The notes under the pieces: generated by a model
What the model was told of the DNA's origin: nothing
What the model saw: the letters and a program-made list of their open reading frames with translations, nothing else
Database searches by the model: none
IMG/VR virus record: IMGVR_UViG_3300031920_000359
Direction: 5' to 3' (one strand)
Source: a virus
Length of the DNA stretch: 64,000 bases
Position numbers and translations under genes: made by a program
In this document: piece by piece, positions 21,058-31,058 of the stretch
Layout of the letters: the number at the start of each line of letters is the position of its first letter
Position numbering within the stretch: the stretch's first letter is position 1

Positions 21058-21417
21058 ATGACAGAATATAAAACGAATACACACGAAGAATCAATGGCCT
21101 TATCCCTACAGGCATATGAAGCTAGATGTTTAGCTTGGATAGATGAGTTCAACAACGGTCAGATGATTAAAGTAGAATCGAATATGGATTGTCCCATACA
21201 TTTTTGGGTAGTAAGCAATAAGAAGATATGTTATCATGAATTCATACCCAATACAGCATTTTGTAAAATATGTGGTAAACCTTGCTGTCCTGAGTGTTTC
21301 AGTCATGGGGTACATCAAATGAGTAGAGTTACTGGATATGTAGGCAACGTAGATAGTTGGAACGCAGGTAAACAACAGGAATTTAAGGACAGAGATAGAT
21401 TCACCACATTCGGTTAA
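21058..21417 (+). CDS. Stand-alone NrdD C-terminal (Zn ribbon plus glycyl-radical loop) protein
   Basis: C..C...CC..C followed by MSRVTGYVGNVDSWNAGKQQEFKDR, the class III RNR C-terminal signature. Confidence 0.75.
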   Translation: MTEYKTNTHEESMALSLQAYEARCLAWIDEFNNGQMIKVESNMDCPIHFWVVSNKKICYHEFIPNTAFCKICGKPCCPECFSHGVHQMSRVTGYVGNVDSWNAGKQQEFKDRDRFTTFG

Positions 21418-21909
21418 TATAAAATCAAAAGGATAAAGTAATAGGTGCCCTTATGAAAAAGTTAAATGTTTTAAAGTTAAAACTAAAAAAATGGTCGCTA
21501 TTTGATTATATATTTTGTGCACCAGGAACATTAGTAGTTGGTGCCATGTTATACTTTTTGTTAGTTATAGCTATAACTATGCCTGCCGAATTTATCATTG
21601 CGGTTTTAATGATTATTGCTTGCTTTGTAGGAATAGTAAGCATATTTACTTTAGGCTTGAAAATAGTAGAAATATTTAACGAATTTTAAGTTTATTTGAA
21701 AAAGGTGAACAATATGAAAGTTGAAATGAAAGAATATAATAATGAAGTTTTTGGTATAGATTTAATTGTTGAAGATCCGAATGAGCAAGATATAGTACAA
21801 CGATTTTGGAATGGTGGAGTTAAAATAAATGGCATTACAAATTGCAATAAATTACATTTAACATTTAAGGATTTAGTAAACAAATAAAAAATTGAATTAA
21901 AAAAGAGGT

Positions 21910-22365
21910 TTGATTAATATGACCGATTTACCTTTCAGAATGAAATTTAAAGCCACAGGCTGGGATAAAGAATTAGAATTTGAACCATTTAAGAAGATTA
22001 ATATCTTTGTTGGCGAAGATCTTGGATCTATAGATGAATTATTTATTCAGCTAGAAAAAAAAGATTTGTTTATAACAGATATGCATTTAGGTAGTAATTG
22101 GTATTATAAAAAAATTGAATGTGTAATGTCGAAATTTTTAGAAGATGTTATCGCTTCTGATTTAACAATGTTTGCTTATGTAAATTCACTAGAAATTATA
22201 GGTGCATTTCCTAAGATTATTAAACAGTTGAAGCTTGAAGATGATTTTCAATTAATAAGAATCGGTAAGGACACAAGGAAATCAACAAGAGGAGATCCAA
22301 TAGCAACATATATTTCATGTGAAGCATTAGCTACCATGCTTGAAATGGGTTTAGAAGTGAGATAG
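21910..22365 (+). CDS. Degenerate, internally deleted ABC/AAA_21-type ATPase-like protein
   Basis: FKKINIFVGEDLGS (Walker A without GKS/T) and FAYVNSLEII (THS.E-like). Confidence 0.3.
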   Translation: MINMTDLPFRMKFKATGWDKELEFEPFKKINIFVGEDLGSIDELFIQLEKKDLFITDMHLGSNWYYKKIECVMSKFLEDVIASDLTMFAYVNSLEIIGAFPKIIKQLKLEDDFQLIRIGKDTRKSTRGDPIATYISCEALATMLEMGLEVR

Positions 22366-22556
22366 ATATACAACAGGTGAGTAAAATGGAAGCAGTAATT
22401 GAAAACACGATGAGATTTATTAATTTAGATTATTTAAGAAGAAGAATTTCAGGTTCTGAATTTAATAATTTAAATTTAAAATATTTACCTTTATTACAAC
22501 AAGAAATTGCTTTAATATTGCAAAATGTTGATACTTCAAAAAGTAAATTTAAATAG

Positions 22557-23420
22557 GTGAGTGAAATGGGATTTGGAACTAGTGGTAATACTAAGAAAGT
22601 TGATATTGAAGAACTTGGTGAAATGGCCGATGAAATAGAAGATGAAGATGAATGTTCTAGTATTTTGCTTATTGGTGAAAGCGGCACAGGAAAAACTGTG
22701 ATCGCAGTTGGAGGAAAGTTCAATAAACTCGATGAAAATGGAAACAAAGTTCCTGTTGATATTAGTGGTTTTCCTCTACCCATGGCTATACTTAATTTAG
22801 AAATGGGAGTAAAAATCAAAAAGCTTAATCCTGAAACGAGAAAACAAATAAAAATTTTTAAGCAAACAGAAATAGATGACATAATTACAATTTTAGAAGG
22901 CATTAGAGACGCCAATGATGAATTATATGAAAACGATGAACCAATTATGTACAAAACAGTTGTCATTGATGGAATTCATAACATGTGGGAGAAGATAAAG
23001 GGGAATATGTGCATAGTCAAGGCTAAACAAAATAACACTTCAATTGTTAAATCATTAGGTTCTGGTAAAGGTAACAATCTAAACAAAATAACACCTGAAG
23101 GTACAGAATATGTTCCTGCAAATTCTTTGTGGAATACTATAGAACAATTGATAATAGATATTAAACGTCATTCTTATGTAATATCCACAGTTGGTCGAGA
23201 ACGCTCTGAATGGGGCAAAAAAGTAAATTACAAAATTTTAGGACATCAAAACATACAGAAAATATTTGATATTTGGGGATTATGTGAATCAACTGAAACG
23301 CATATACTAGGAAAAGGAGATCATAAACGATATTTCTTTACAGCCAAACGAGTCCGAGATGGTATTAGTGGTATTAAAATAGAAGATTTTTGCTATGATA
23401 AATTAGAAGAACTGTATTAG
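22557..23420 (+). CDS. RecA-like P-loop ATPase (AAA_24/Sak4-like recombination protein)
   Basis: ILLIGESGTGKT, TVVIDG. Confidence 0.7.
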   Translation: MSEMGFGTSGNTKKVDIEELGEMADEIEDEDECSSILLIGESGTGKTVIAVGGKFNKLDENGNKVPVDISGFPLPMAILNLEMGVKIKKLNPETRKQIKIFKQTEIDDIITILEGIRDANDELYENDEPIMYKTVVIDGIHNMWEKIKGNMCIVKAKQNNTSIVKSLGSGKGNNLNKITPEGTEYVPANSLWNTIEQLIIDIKRHSYVISTVGRERSEWGKKVNYKILGHQNIQKIFDIWGLCESTETHILGKGDHKRYFFTAKRVRDGISGIKIEDFCYDKLEELY

Positions 23421-23700
23421 ATAGGTGATAAAATATGATAGAAAAAGCAAACGAAAAGAAATTCAAATATTTAACTGAAGATGATCAGAGGTATTTTAAA
23501 GCCAGTTTAGAACATAACAAAGAATTAATAATAAAATTATCTGCTTTATAGGTGATATAAAATGTTATTATATAAGTTATTATTCAAAAGACATGAACTA
23601 ACGCAATCTGACATCGATCTTACAATTGGTTACATTGGTGGCTGTATTACAACAGCAATAGTGATAAAAATATTATAATATAAATTGTAGGTGATATGAT

Positions 23701-24183
23701 ATGGACAATCAAGAAATTAAACAACTTATATATGATAAGTCTTTGAAACATGGTAATTTTATATTGTCAGATGGTAATAAATCATCATATCTTTTTGATA
23801 TAATGGAATTAATACAAAAAGAAGAATTTATAATTGTGTTTAAAAAATTTATAAAACATGAATCATTTCTTGTTGGAATAGAATTTGGAGGTTCGATATT
23901 GGCTGCTATGAGTGGTAAACCATTTGCTTTAATTCGTAAAGATGGAACGATATATGGCAAAATACCCAAAGAATATTCATTAATAGATGATGTAATAACA
24001 ACTGAAAAAAATATGAGACAAGCTTTACGTGAATTAACTTTTAATAACGATTTATATGTACCAAGAAATAATATTGTGATTGTTGATAGAAGAAATTACA
24101 ACACAATGTTTTATAGTAGTCTAAATCCATTACATTTACACATCGAATCTATGTATAAATACAACCAAGGTGATATGATATGA
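23701..24183 (+). CDS. Orotate phosphoribosyltransferase-like type I PRTase
   Basis: GNFILSDGNKSSYLFD, GIEFGG, LIRK, LIDDVITT. Confidence 0.7.
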   Translation: MDNQEIKQLIYDKSLKHGNFILSDGNKSSYLFDIMELIQKEEFIIVFKKFIKHESFLVGIEFGGSILAAMSGKPFALIRKDGTIYGKIPKEYSLIDDVITTEKNMRQALRELTFNNDLYVPRNNIVIVDRRNYNTMFYSSLNPLHLHIESMYKYNQGDMI

Positions 24184-25296
24184 ATATGAATGGTGAAAAA
24201 ATTGGATATAAAAAAGCTTGGAAAGTTTGTAAGTGTGGTTCGAAAATATTTTTTAATGTTTATAGACCGACAAGTGTTCCTGATTTATGTAATAAATGTC
24301 AAGAAATTGCTAACATGAAGCAAACTAAATTACATGAATTTGATGGTAGTCAAAAAGAGATACATCATTTTGATAGTAATGAACATATAGAAATAACAAA
24401 TGAGTTTAGATTTGGAACACTCGTGTATATTAAAGATAACGAGTTTCAATATTTGTATGGAAATAATGAATATATTCAAATCGAAATTGATGCATTAAAC
24501 TTAAATAGTACTTTAACTAGTTATTTACGTATTTATGATAGAAAATTGTCTTGTGAGGAATTAAAAAAGCTCAAATACTTTATGATAGGCAAGAAGGAGA
24601 AATTATATGATAATAAAGACCATAGATGAACTTATTACATTTTATAAAGGCCATACTGATATGGTTTTGCAATATATGGAAATAAGTCCACAAATTGGTA
24701 TAAAACTAACTGAATTTGAAATTATCAATATATTGAAAACTGTCACAAAATTATATGTAGAAGTAGCTGAAGAACTAAAAACAACATTAGAAGGTGATGA
24801 ATAATGGTAGAACTTGAAACAGTACAAGAATTATGTGAATGTTTAGCAGACAAATTGGGAATATATGGAAATGGTCCAAAATTTGATGTTCATTCAGATA
24901 ATTGTAAATGTAGAATATGCTTCGTGACGACAATGGAAGATAGAATAAGAGAAGCAGTCGAAAACGACAAATATTTGAATGCAATTGAAGATGATAAATT
25001 TTATTAAGATAGGTGAATTATATGTCAGAAGATTCAAAGGAAACCGCTAAAAAAGGCAAATATGATAAAAATATTTTGTCAAGTGGTCATGATACATACG
25101 TATCTGTCTGTCCTTATTGTTATGCCTGTGTCACATCAGTAGAAACTGACACGAAAAATAGATATAAGTTTTGGTGTCCAAGATGCAAAGAAACCGTTGT
25201 ACCTAAAACGATGAGTTTACTTGAAAGAAAATGTCTTAATGTTAATATATTAAGAAAGAAAAAATATGAACTTGGACTAAATAAAATAAATAATAG

Positions 25297-26151
25297 GTGA
25301 GTAGTATGAATGATGATGTAATAGATGAGACGATTACTTTTGTGATGGATATAAAACATTTGAGAAATGTAACCATTGCTATGTCGGAACTGAAAAAAGA
25401 TTCAAAGTCTTCTGGTAAAGCAAGTAAAGAAAAGAAAAGTAGAACACTGACTCTTGAATGTTACGCCGATTTTATTAGGATAAAAGATACTGATGCTAGT
25501 AATGTTCTGGGTTTATCATTTGATTTAGATAGTGAACTTATAAATGATTATACGAATAGTTTAAAAGATGATGAAACTGTTAAGGTTGTAATTGATTTAG
25601 ATAAATTGATTGAGGCAATTAGCGACATAGAAGGATCTGTTAATTTCGACATTGATATTAAGAATAAAAAACTACTTGTTTGGTCTAGTTATTACAACTA
25701 TAAATTAAGTTTCAAAGTCGATAAAACAGCTGTGAAATTACCAGGTGCTACAAATAAATCATCTGTTGATTTGGAAGGCGAACAATTATATACTATATTG
25801 AAAAAATGTTCAAGCATACATAAATTTATTGTAATAACAACTAAAGGGGCAGAAGAAGATGAAGATTTTCTTTTGAACTTTGTTTCTAAAGAGCAAGGAA
25901 CAAATGATAGTATTAAAATAGAGCTTGATGAATTCAATGTATTAGATTCTGATAGTTTGAAAGAAAATACTAACGTTGTGATAGACACAGCAGCAACAGG
26001 CTTAGTTGATGTGCTTAAAACAACTGTTAAAAGTGCAAAAGTTGTTAAGCTATTGTTAGAAAACGAAAAACCTGTTGTGATAACTTATCAAATGATAGAA
26101 GGACACGGCAATACTAAAATAGTCATAGCACCACGAGCAATAGAAACTTAG
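25297..26151 (+). CDS. pcn: Divergent PCNA sliding clamp
   Basis: IRIKDTDASNVL, IDLDKL..AI, KPVVITY, C-terminal IAPR. Confidence 0.75.
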   Translation: MSSMNDDVIDETITFVMDIKHLRNVTIAMSELKKDSKSSGKASKEKKSRTLTLECYADFIRIKDTDASNVLGLSFDLDSELINDYTNSLKDDETVKVVIDLDKLIEAISDIEGSVNFDIDIKNKKLLVWSSYYNYKLSFKVDKTAVKLPGATNKSSVDLEGEQLYTILKKCSSIHKFIVITTKGAEEDEDFLLNFVSKEQGTNDSIKIELDEFNVLDSDSLKENTNVVIDTAATGLVDVLKTTVKSAKVVKLLLENEKPVVITYQMIEGHGNTKIVIAPRAIET

Positions 26152-26180
26152 AAGTAGTTTTTAACTACTTTTATATTTTT
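26152..26180 (+). terminator. Hairpin plus T-tract terminator after pcn
   Basis: AAGTAGTT-ttt-AACTACTT then TTATATTTTT. Confidence 0.7.
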
Positions 26181-26202
26181 AATAAGTAAATAGTATTAAC
26201 TA

Positions 26203-26219
26203 TAAATACTTATATATAC
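26203..26219 (+). promoter_or_regulatory. Putative TATA promoter
   Basis: TAAATACTTATATATAC, with ACTTATATA recurring three times downstream. Confidence 0.45.
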
Positions 26220-26266
26220 TTATATAACTAATATAGAGTTACTTATATAACTAAGGAGCAAATCAA

Positions 26267-26437
26267 ATGAAAGGAATCAAAAGTATTTTAATACAATTAA
26301 CATATGAAGAATATAAAATAGCAATCAAGTATAAAGATACACACAATAAACCAACATGGAAAGAAATGATGTTAGATTATATTACCATAAAAAATTCAAT
26401 GGATAAGATAGAATCAAAAGAATATAAGGGGATTTAA
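26267..26437 (+). CDS. 56-aa RHH-like small DNA-binding protein (below ORF-track cutoff)
   Basis: Hand translation MKGIKSILIQLTYEEYKIAIKYKDTHNKPTWKEMMLDYI...; AAGGAG RBS. Confidence 0.45.
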   Translation: MKGIKSILIQLTYEEYKIAIKYKDTHNKPTWKEMMLDYITIKNSMDKIESKEYKGI

Positions 26438-26862
26438 AATGATAAACGCATTGGATAATACTGGTTATAGTGAAAATGAATATGATCAAATGAGTTATAG
26501 GAAAAAAGCAATTTTATTATTAGAATGTGGTGAATGGACAATAGAAAAACGTAAAAAAATTGAAATACTGAAAGAACAAAGTTTGGATTCACCGTGCGAA
26601 GAATATCGAAAAATTTATTGTGAAAATTGTCGTTTATTTATACCTAATAAGAACGATACTGTCAAATGTAAAGCATTAAGTGATGAAATAGTAAATTGTA
26701 TAAAAATAAGAAAATTTATTGATGAATAAATCATGTAATATGATTTACAAATTAATTATTGTTTTAAATTAATAATAGCTATACACGTATACCTTGGGGT
26801 TTCTGCTTTTGTAAAGGATAAATAATGAAACATTGTTTTAATGTAATAAATGGTGACTTGAA

Positions 26863-28167
26863 TTGATACAAAAAAAATTTTTTGGGAAAAAATTAAAGGG
26901 AAATGACGATAAAGAAAAACAAAGCACAATAGATAAACAAATTTCCGAAAAAAAATTAGGTAATGATTCGACTCCTTCCGATATTGCAAACTTTGTAATT
27001 AAGTCTGTAAAAAAAAATAATGGTAATTTAACTTTAAGCGACAACAGTTTGATTTATTATGATAAATCTCGTATTGAAGATAAAAAAGGTACAAAAATAA
27101 AAATAAATAATATTATTAGAAATATCATAAATGAATTAGATATTATAGCAAAAAAAAGTTTTTTCACCGAAGTTTTTGAAATAATGACAGAAAAAATATA
27201 TGAAAAAATAGAGTCAAAAAAAGTAAAGTCATTTGAAAAAGCAAAAAAATATGTTGATTTAAACAAAGATGAAAATTCAGAATATATATTACCTTCAAAT
27301 GAAGGTATTGTATTTGGTACATTCGATGAAATAATAGGGTATGATAAAGTAAAACAAGAAGTAATGGAAGACTTAATTTTTTGGATAAAATTTCCAGATA
27401 CATACAAAAGAAGAAATGCTAAAAAAAATGTAGGCTCGCTTTTTTATGGTATTAGTGGAACAGGTAAGAGTGCTACAGCATTGGCATTTAAAAAAGAATT
27501 AGAAAAAAAAGGTTTTGATTTTGATTATGTTTACGTACAAACGCAAGAATTAGCCAGTGGACAAATATCTGAGTCAGCAGCTAAAATATCAGATTTTATT
27601 TCACATATACGTAAAAATAAAAAACCCGTGTTACTTTTAATGGATGAAATTGACTATTTATGTAAAAGAAGAAATGATCAAGCGTTCGTAACAGAAAGAA
27701 CAACTGAATTTTTAAAACAATTAGGTAGTAATTATGACAATAATAATTTCTATATAATTGGCACTACAAATAAACCAGAAACAATAGATGAAGCAATGCT
27801 AGAAAATGTAAGATTAACAAGAAAATATTTGTTTAATGTTCCTAATTTAGATGAAAGAGAAGCATTTGTCGAAAAATTTATTACAAATAATGACTTAAAT
27901 ATTGAAATAAAAACAAATGAGGAAGATTTAATTAATATTATTGCTAAAAATACAGAAAATTTTACGGGAGCTAAATTTAATGAACTTCTTGTAAATTGTA
28001 TTCATTTATTAAACAGAAAAGAACTAAATGAAGAAGAAAGTATTATTGAAACGAATGAATTATTTGAAATATTAGCAGACATTAAACCAAAAAGAGAAAT
28101 TACAAAACAAATAAGAGCACTCAAACAATGGAATGCACAAAAAAAGATAGACATTTTTAAAAAATAA
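26863..28167 (+). CDS. AAA+ ATPase (CDC48/Vps4/FtsH clade-like) with unrelated N-terminal domain
   Basis: IIGYDKVKQEV, YGISGTGKS, LLMDEID, IIGTTNKPETIDEAM..RL, FNVPN. Confidence 0.85.
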   Translation: MIQKKFFGKKLKGNDDKEKQSTIDKQISEKKLGNDSTPSDIANFVIKSVKKNNGNLTLSDNSLIYYDKSRIEDKKGTKIKINNIIRNIINELDIIAKKSFFTEVFEIMTEKIYEKIESKKVKSFEKAKKYVDLNKDENSEYILPSNEGIVFGTFDEIIGYDKVKQEVMEDLIFWIKFPDTYKRRNAKKNVGSLFYGISGTGKSATALAFKKELEKKGFDFDYVYVQTQELASGQISESAAKISDFISHIRKNKKPVLLLMDEIDYLCKRRNDQAFVTERTTEFLKQLGSNYDNNNFYIIGTTNKPETIDEAMLENVRLTRKYLFNVPNLDEREAFVEKFITNNDLNIEIKTNEEDLINIIAKNTENFTGAKFNELLVNCIHLLNRKELNEEESIIETNELFEILADIKPKREITKQIRALKQWNAQKKIDIFKK

Positions 28168-28169
28168 GC

Positions 28170-28420
28170 ATTTTAACTTAATTTTTTATTTTTACGTAAA
28201 TAAAAAGTTTAAAAGAGGTCTACTGCTATCGGTTTTTTTAACTCTCTAAAGAGAACTCTAAAACCCTATATAAAAAATATTTTTTTTTCGTATCTATAAT
28301 AGAAAATAAAAAAACGCTTTGGGGTAAATCGACTATCGGTTTAGAGAGTTAAAAAAACCGATAGCAGTAGACCTCTTTTAAACTTTTTATTTACGTAAAA
28401 ATAAAAAATTAAGTTAAAAT
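28170..28420. repeat. Perfect 81-bp inverted repeat with 89-bp spacer
   Basis: 28170-28250 is the exact reverse complement of 28340-28420 (checked base by base). Confidence 0.95.
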
Positions 28421-28546
28421 AAAAATCGCTAGCTAGAGCCTTCATTTTTAAAAAAATAAACTAATTACTAAAAAATCTCTTACTAAAAATCTTTTATAAG
28501 GCCTACTGCTAGCGGTTTCTATACCTGCTAATAGTAGGTATAAACC

Positions 28547-28758
28547 AAAAGTTCTAACTAATAGTTAGAAAAAGCTAGAAAAAATTGAAAAGTTCTAACT
28601 AATAGTTAGAAAAAATTGAAAAGTTCTAACTAATAGCTAGAGAAAACTAGAAAAAATTGAAAAGTTCTAACTAATAGCTAGAGAAAATCAAAAAAGTTCT
28701 AACTAATAGTTAGAAAAAGCTAGAAAAAATTGAAAAGTTCTAACTAATAGCTAGAGAA
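28547..28758. repeat. Six palindromic boxes AAAAGTTCTAACTAATAG(T/C)TAGA (iteron/operator-like)
   Basis: GTTCTAACTAATAG cores start at 28551, 28592, 28623, 28664, 28696 and 28737. Confidence 0.95.
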
Positions 28759-28974
28759 CACTATAAAATTATATTATAAGAGCATCGAAATAGTAAAGAT
28801 TTAACTAGTAATTAATAGGATATAGCCTATTTTTAATAAGTTTTTTAATCAATTAATTAAAATTTTTTATAAGCAATATAATTAGTATAGGTAAGTTTAA
28901 GTACTATTAGATACTATATAGACTAAGATAAAATACTTAATTTACATAAAAGATAATAAGGTTGTGACTAGTAA

Positions 28975-29883
28975 TTGGTTGGCACTAATGTAAAAATAGA
29001 AAAATTCGTTCTTGATTATTTTAAACAAGTTAATTATGGCAGTGACATAAAAAAAAATGAACATATATATGATATTTTAATGGCTTGTTCTTACACCTCT
29101 GATAATAATATATTAGACAAAGAAATGTTAACTTTATATTTTAAAGACAAACAATTAAGCTTAATAAAAGAAAAACAAAAAAAGTTAGGTTATGAAGGTA
29201 ATTTCAATAGATTTGTTAGATATGCCTTATTTGATTTTTTTATGGTAAAACATAATATGACTTTATCCAATAAATTCTTTGATAAACTTATAGATTATGA
29301 TAAATTTAATCTACTATTGGAAAAATGTAAAAATGAATTAATTAATGGGGAATATACTTCTTATGATATTGATTTATTAAGAAATAATAAAAAATATGAA
29401 GAATTTTTTAATGAGGATGAACTTAATGATGTTAAAGAAGAAATAGATTTTAATCTTGATTATTTAGAACATGATATGTTAACATTTTTAGCTTGTGAAT
29501 TTATACAAGAAAATAAATATTCTGAATTAATTGGATTAGCTACGGACGGAGAAGATCTTGAAAATATAGTTCCAGATGTTAATACTTTTTATTATTTATT
29601 TTTATACTATGCATTCATGCTTGATCATGAAGATTTAGATATTGATGAAATATTTGATGAAACTGATGAACATATTGATAGTTTGCTAGAAAAATATACA
29701 TTTGAAAAGATTATTAAACACAACAAAAATAAAGGCGTTGTTGATATTAATGAAATATTTGATGAAGAATGTCTTTTGTATTTAAAATCGAATGAACTTA
29801 TAGATTTTGATGAATATTTAAAATTAGATGAAGAACCTGATATTGGTGAAGCATCTAACGATGAAAGTGATGATTTAAAATAA
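28975..29883 (+). CDS. Acidic hypothetical protein next to the repeat region
   Basis: ORF track, TTG start; no motif recognised. Confidence 0.7.
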   Translation: MVGTNVKIEKFVLDYFKQVNYGSDIKKNEHIYDILMACSYTSDNNILDKEMLTLYFKDKQLSLIKEKQKKLGYEGNFNRFVRYALFDFFMVKHNMTLSNKFFDKLIDYDKFNLLLEKCKNELINGEYTSYDIDLLRNNKKYEEFFNEDELNDVKEEIDFNLDYLEHDMLTFLACEFIQENKYSELIGLATDGEDLENIVPDVNTFYYLFLYYAFMLDHEDLDIDEIFDETDEHIDSLLEKYTFEKIIKHNKNKGVVDINEIFDEECLLYLKSNELIDFDEYLKLDEEPDIGEASNDESDDLK

Positions 29884-29897
29884 TATGGTCGATTATA

Positions 29898-30584
29898 ATG
29901 TTTAAAAGTAATATTGGCGAAAAAAAGGTACAGGATTTAATTAATGACGTTTCAGATGAAGAAGAAAAAGTTTCTAAGGAAGCTTTGCAAACTAAATATT
30001 CTAAACCTGATATGATTAAAGCTGTTAAACAATTGACTACTCAATCAATTAATGATAAAAAAGAATTATTAAATTTACAAAATAAAATAGATGAAATAGG
30101 TGAACCAAAGATGGATGACAAAGATATAAAGATACTCAAGCAGGATATAAGTGAACTTTTTGATGATAAACTTGATAAAAAATTTGCAGGGCTAGAAGAT
30201 GATTTGAAAACTATTAAAGAAAGTAATGCAAAGGTATGTACTAGTGGAGATTGCTTTGCTGATAAACTTGATGATCTTGATAAAAAGATAGTCGCTATGG
30301 GAAACACCAAAGAAGATGTTAATGATCTTAAATCAAGTTTTGGTAATGACATTACTGGTATAACTGATTCAATTACAACGATGGATGAACGTTTTAACAC
30401 ATCTATTTCTGGAATGGAGGCTAAACTTAAAGAAACGTGCACAGGTATAGATTGCATTAAGGAGAGATTTGAAGAAGAAGATGATACAGTTAAATGTCCT
30501 GCTTGTGAAAATATGTTTTCATTATCTGCAAATACAGTAGGAAGTACGATAGTTTGTCCAGAATGCAAAACAATACTTGAGTAA
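29898..30584 (+). CDS. Coiled-coil protein with C-terminal Zn ribbon
   Basis: Heptad-rich body; CPAC...CPEC. Confidence 0.7.
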   Translation: MFKSNIGEKKVQDLINDVSDEEEKVSKEALQTKYSKPDMIKAVKQLTTQSINDKKELLNLQNKIDEIGEPKMDDKDIKILKQDISELFDDKLDKKFAGLEDDLKTIKESNAKVCTSGDCFADKLDDLDKKIVAMGNTKEDVNDLKSSFGNDITGITDSITTMDERFNTSISGMEAKLKETCTGIDCIKERFEEEDDTVKCPACENMFSLSANTVGSTIVCPECKTILE

Positions 30585-30609
30585 CTTTATAATAATTAGG
30601 TGAGCAAAT

Positions 30610-31032
30610 ATGTCTAATGAATTTTTAAAGGAAGCATTAACTAATATGAGTTGTAATAACTGTAAATCTGATGATAAAGATATAAAAACTGATTTAGCTA
30701 AGGCTTTTGAACGTATTACTAAACGTATTGTTGATGATGGTGTTAACTTAGGTAAAGCAACGATGAAATTTGTTGATAATACAAAATATGAAGAGTTTGA
30801 ATGTCATGGATGCTGTGGAAACGGATGGATTGAAAATAGTCTTGGTGAAATTAAGATTTGTCCTATCTGTAATGGTCATGGTGTAATAAACAAAGAAAAA
30901 GTTTGTGAACACAAAATAGTATGTCCTTGTCCTTCATGTCCTGATCTAACAAGTGCTCCTTCATATCCTTTTTCTGCGATAACTTATTGCTGTACATGTG
31001 ACACTAATACATCAATGAATAAGACACTTTAG
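30610..31032 (+). CDS. Protein with DnaJ-type Zn finger
   Basis: CHGCCGNG...CPICNGHG (CxxCxGxG pairs). Confidence 0.6.
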   Translation: MSNEFLKEALTNMSCNNCKSDDKDIKTDLAKAFERITKRIVDDGVNLGKATMKFVDNTKYEEFECHGCCGNGWIENSLGEIKICPICNGHGVINKEKVCEHKIVCPCPSCPDLTSAPSYPFSAITYCCTCDTNTSMNKTL

Positions 31033-31058
31033 ATGTCTTAGTAAGGATGTGTTGAATA

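Noticed and set aside
26863-28167. AAA+ gene as Cdc6/Orc1 initiator or packaging ATPase
   Set aside because: Motifs (TTNKP..ID.A, second region of homology) match the classical CDC48/FtsH clade, not Cdc6 or A32/HerA
28547-28758. Possible mini-CRISPR array
   Set aside because: Inter-repeat segments are only about 8-20 nt and resemble one another (GCTAGAAAAAATTG); no unique spacers, leader or cas genes
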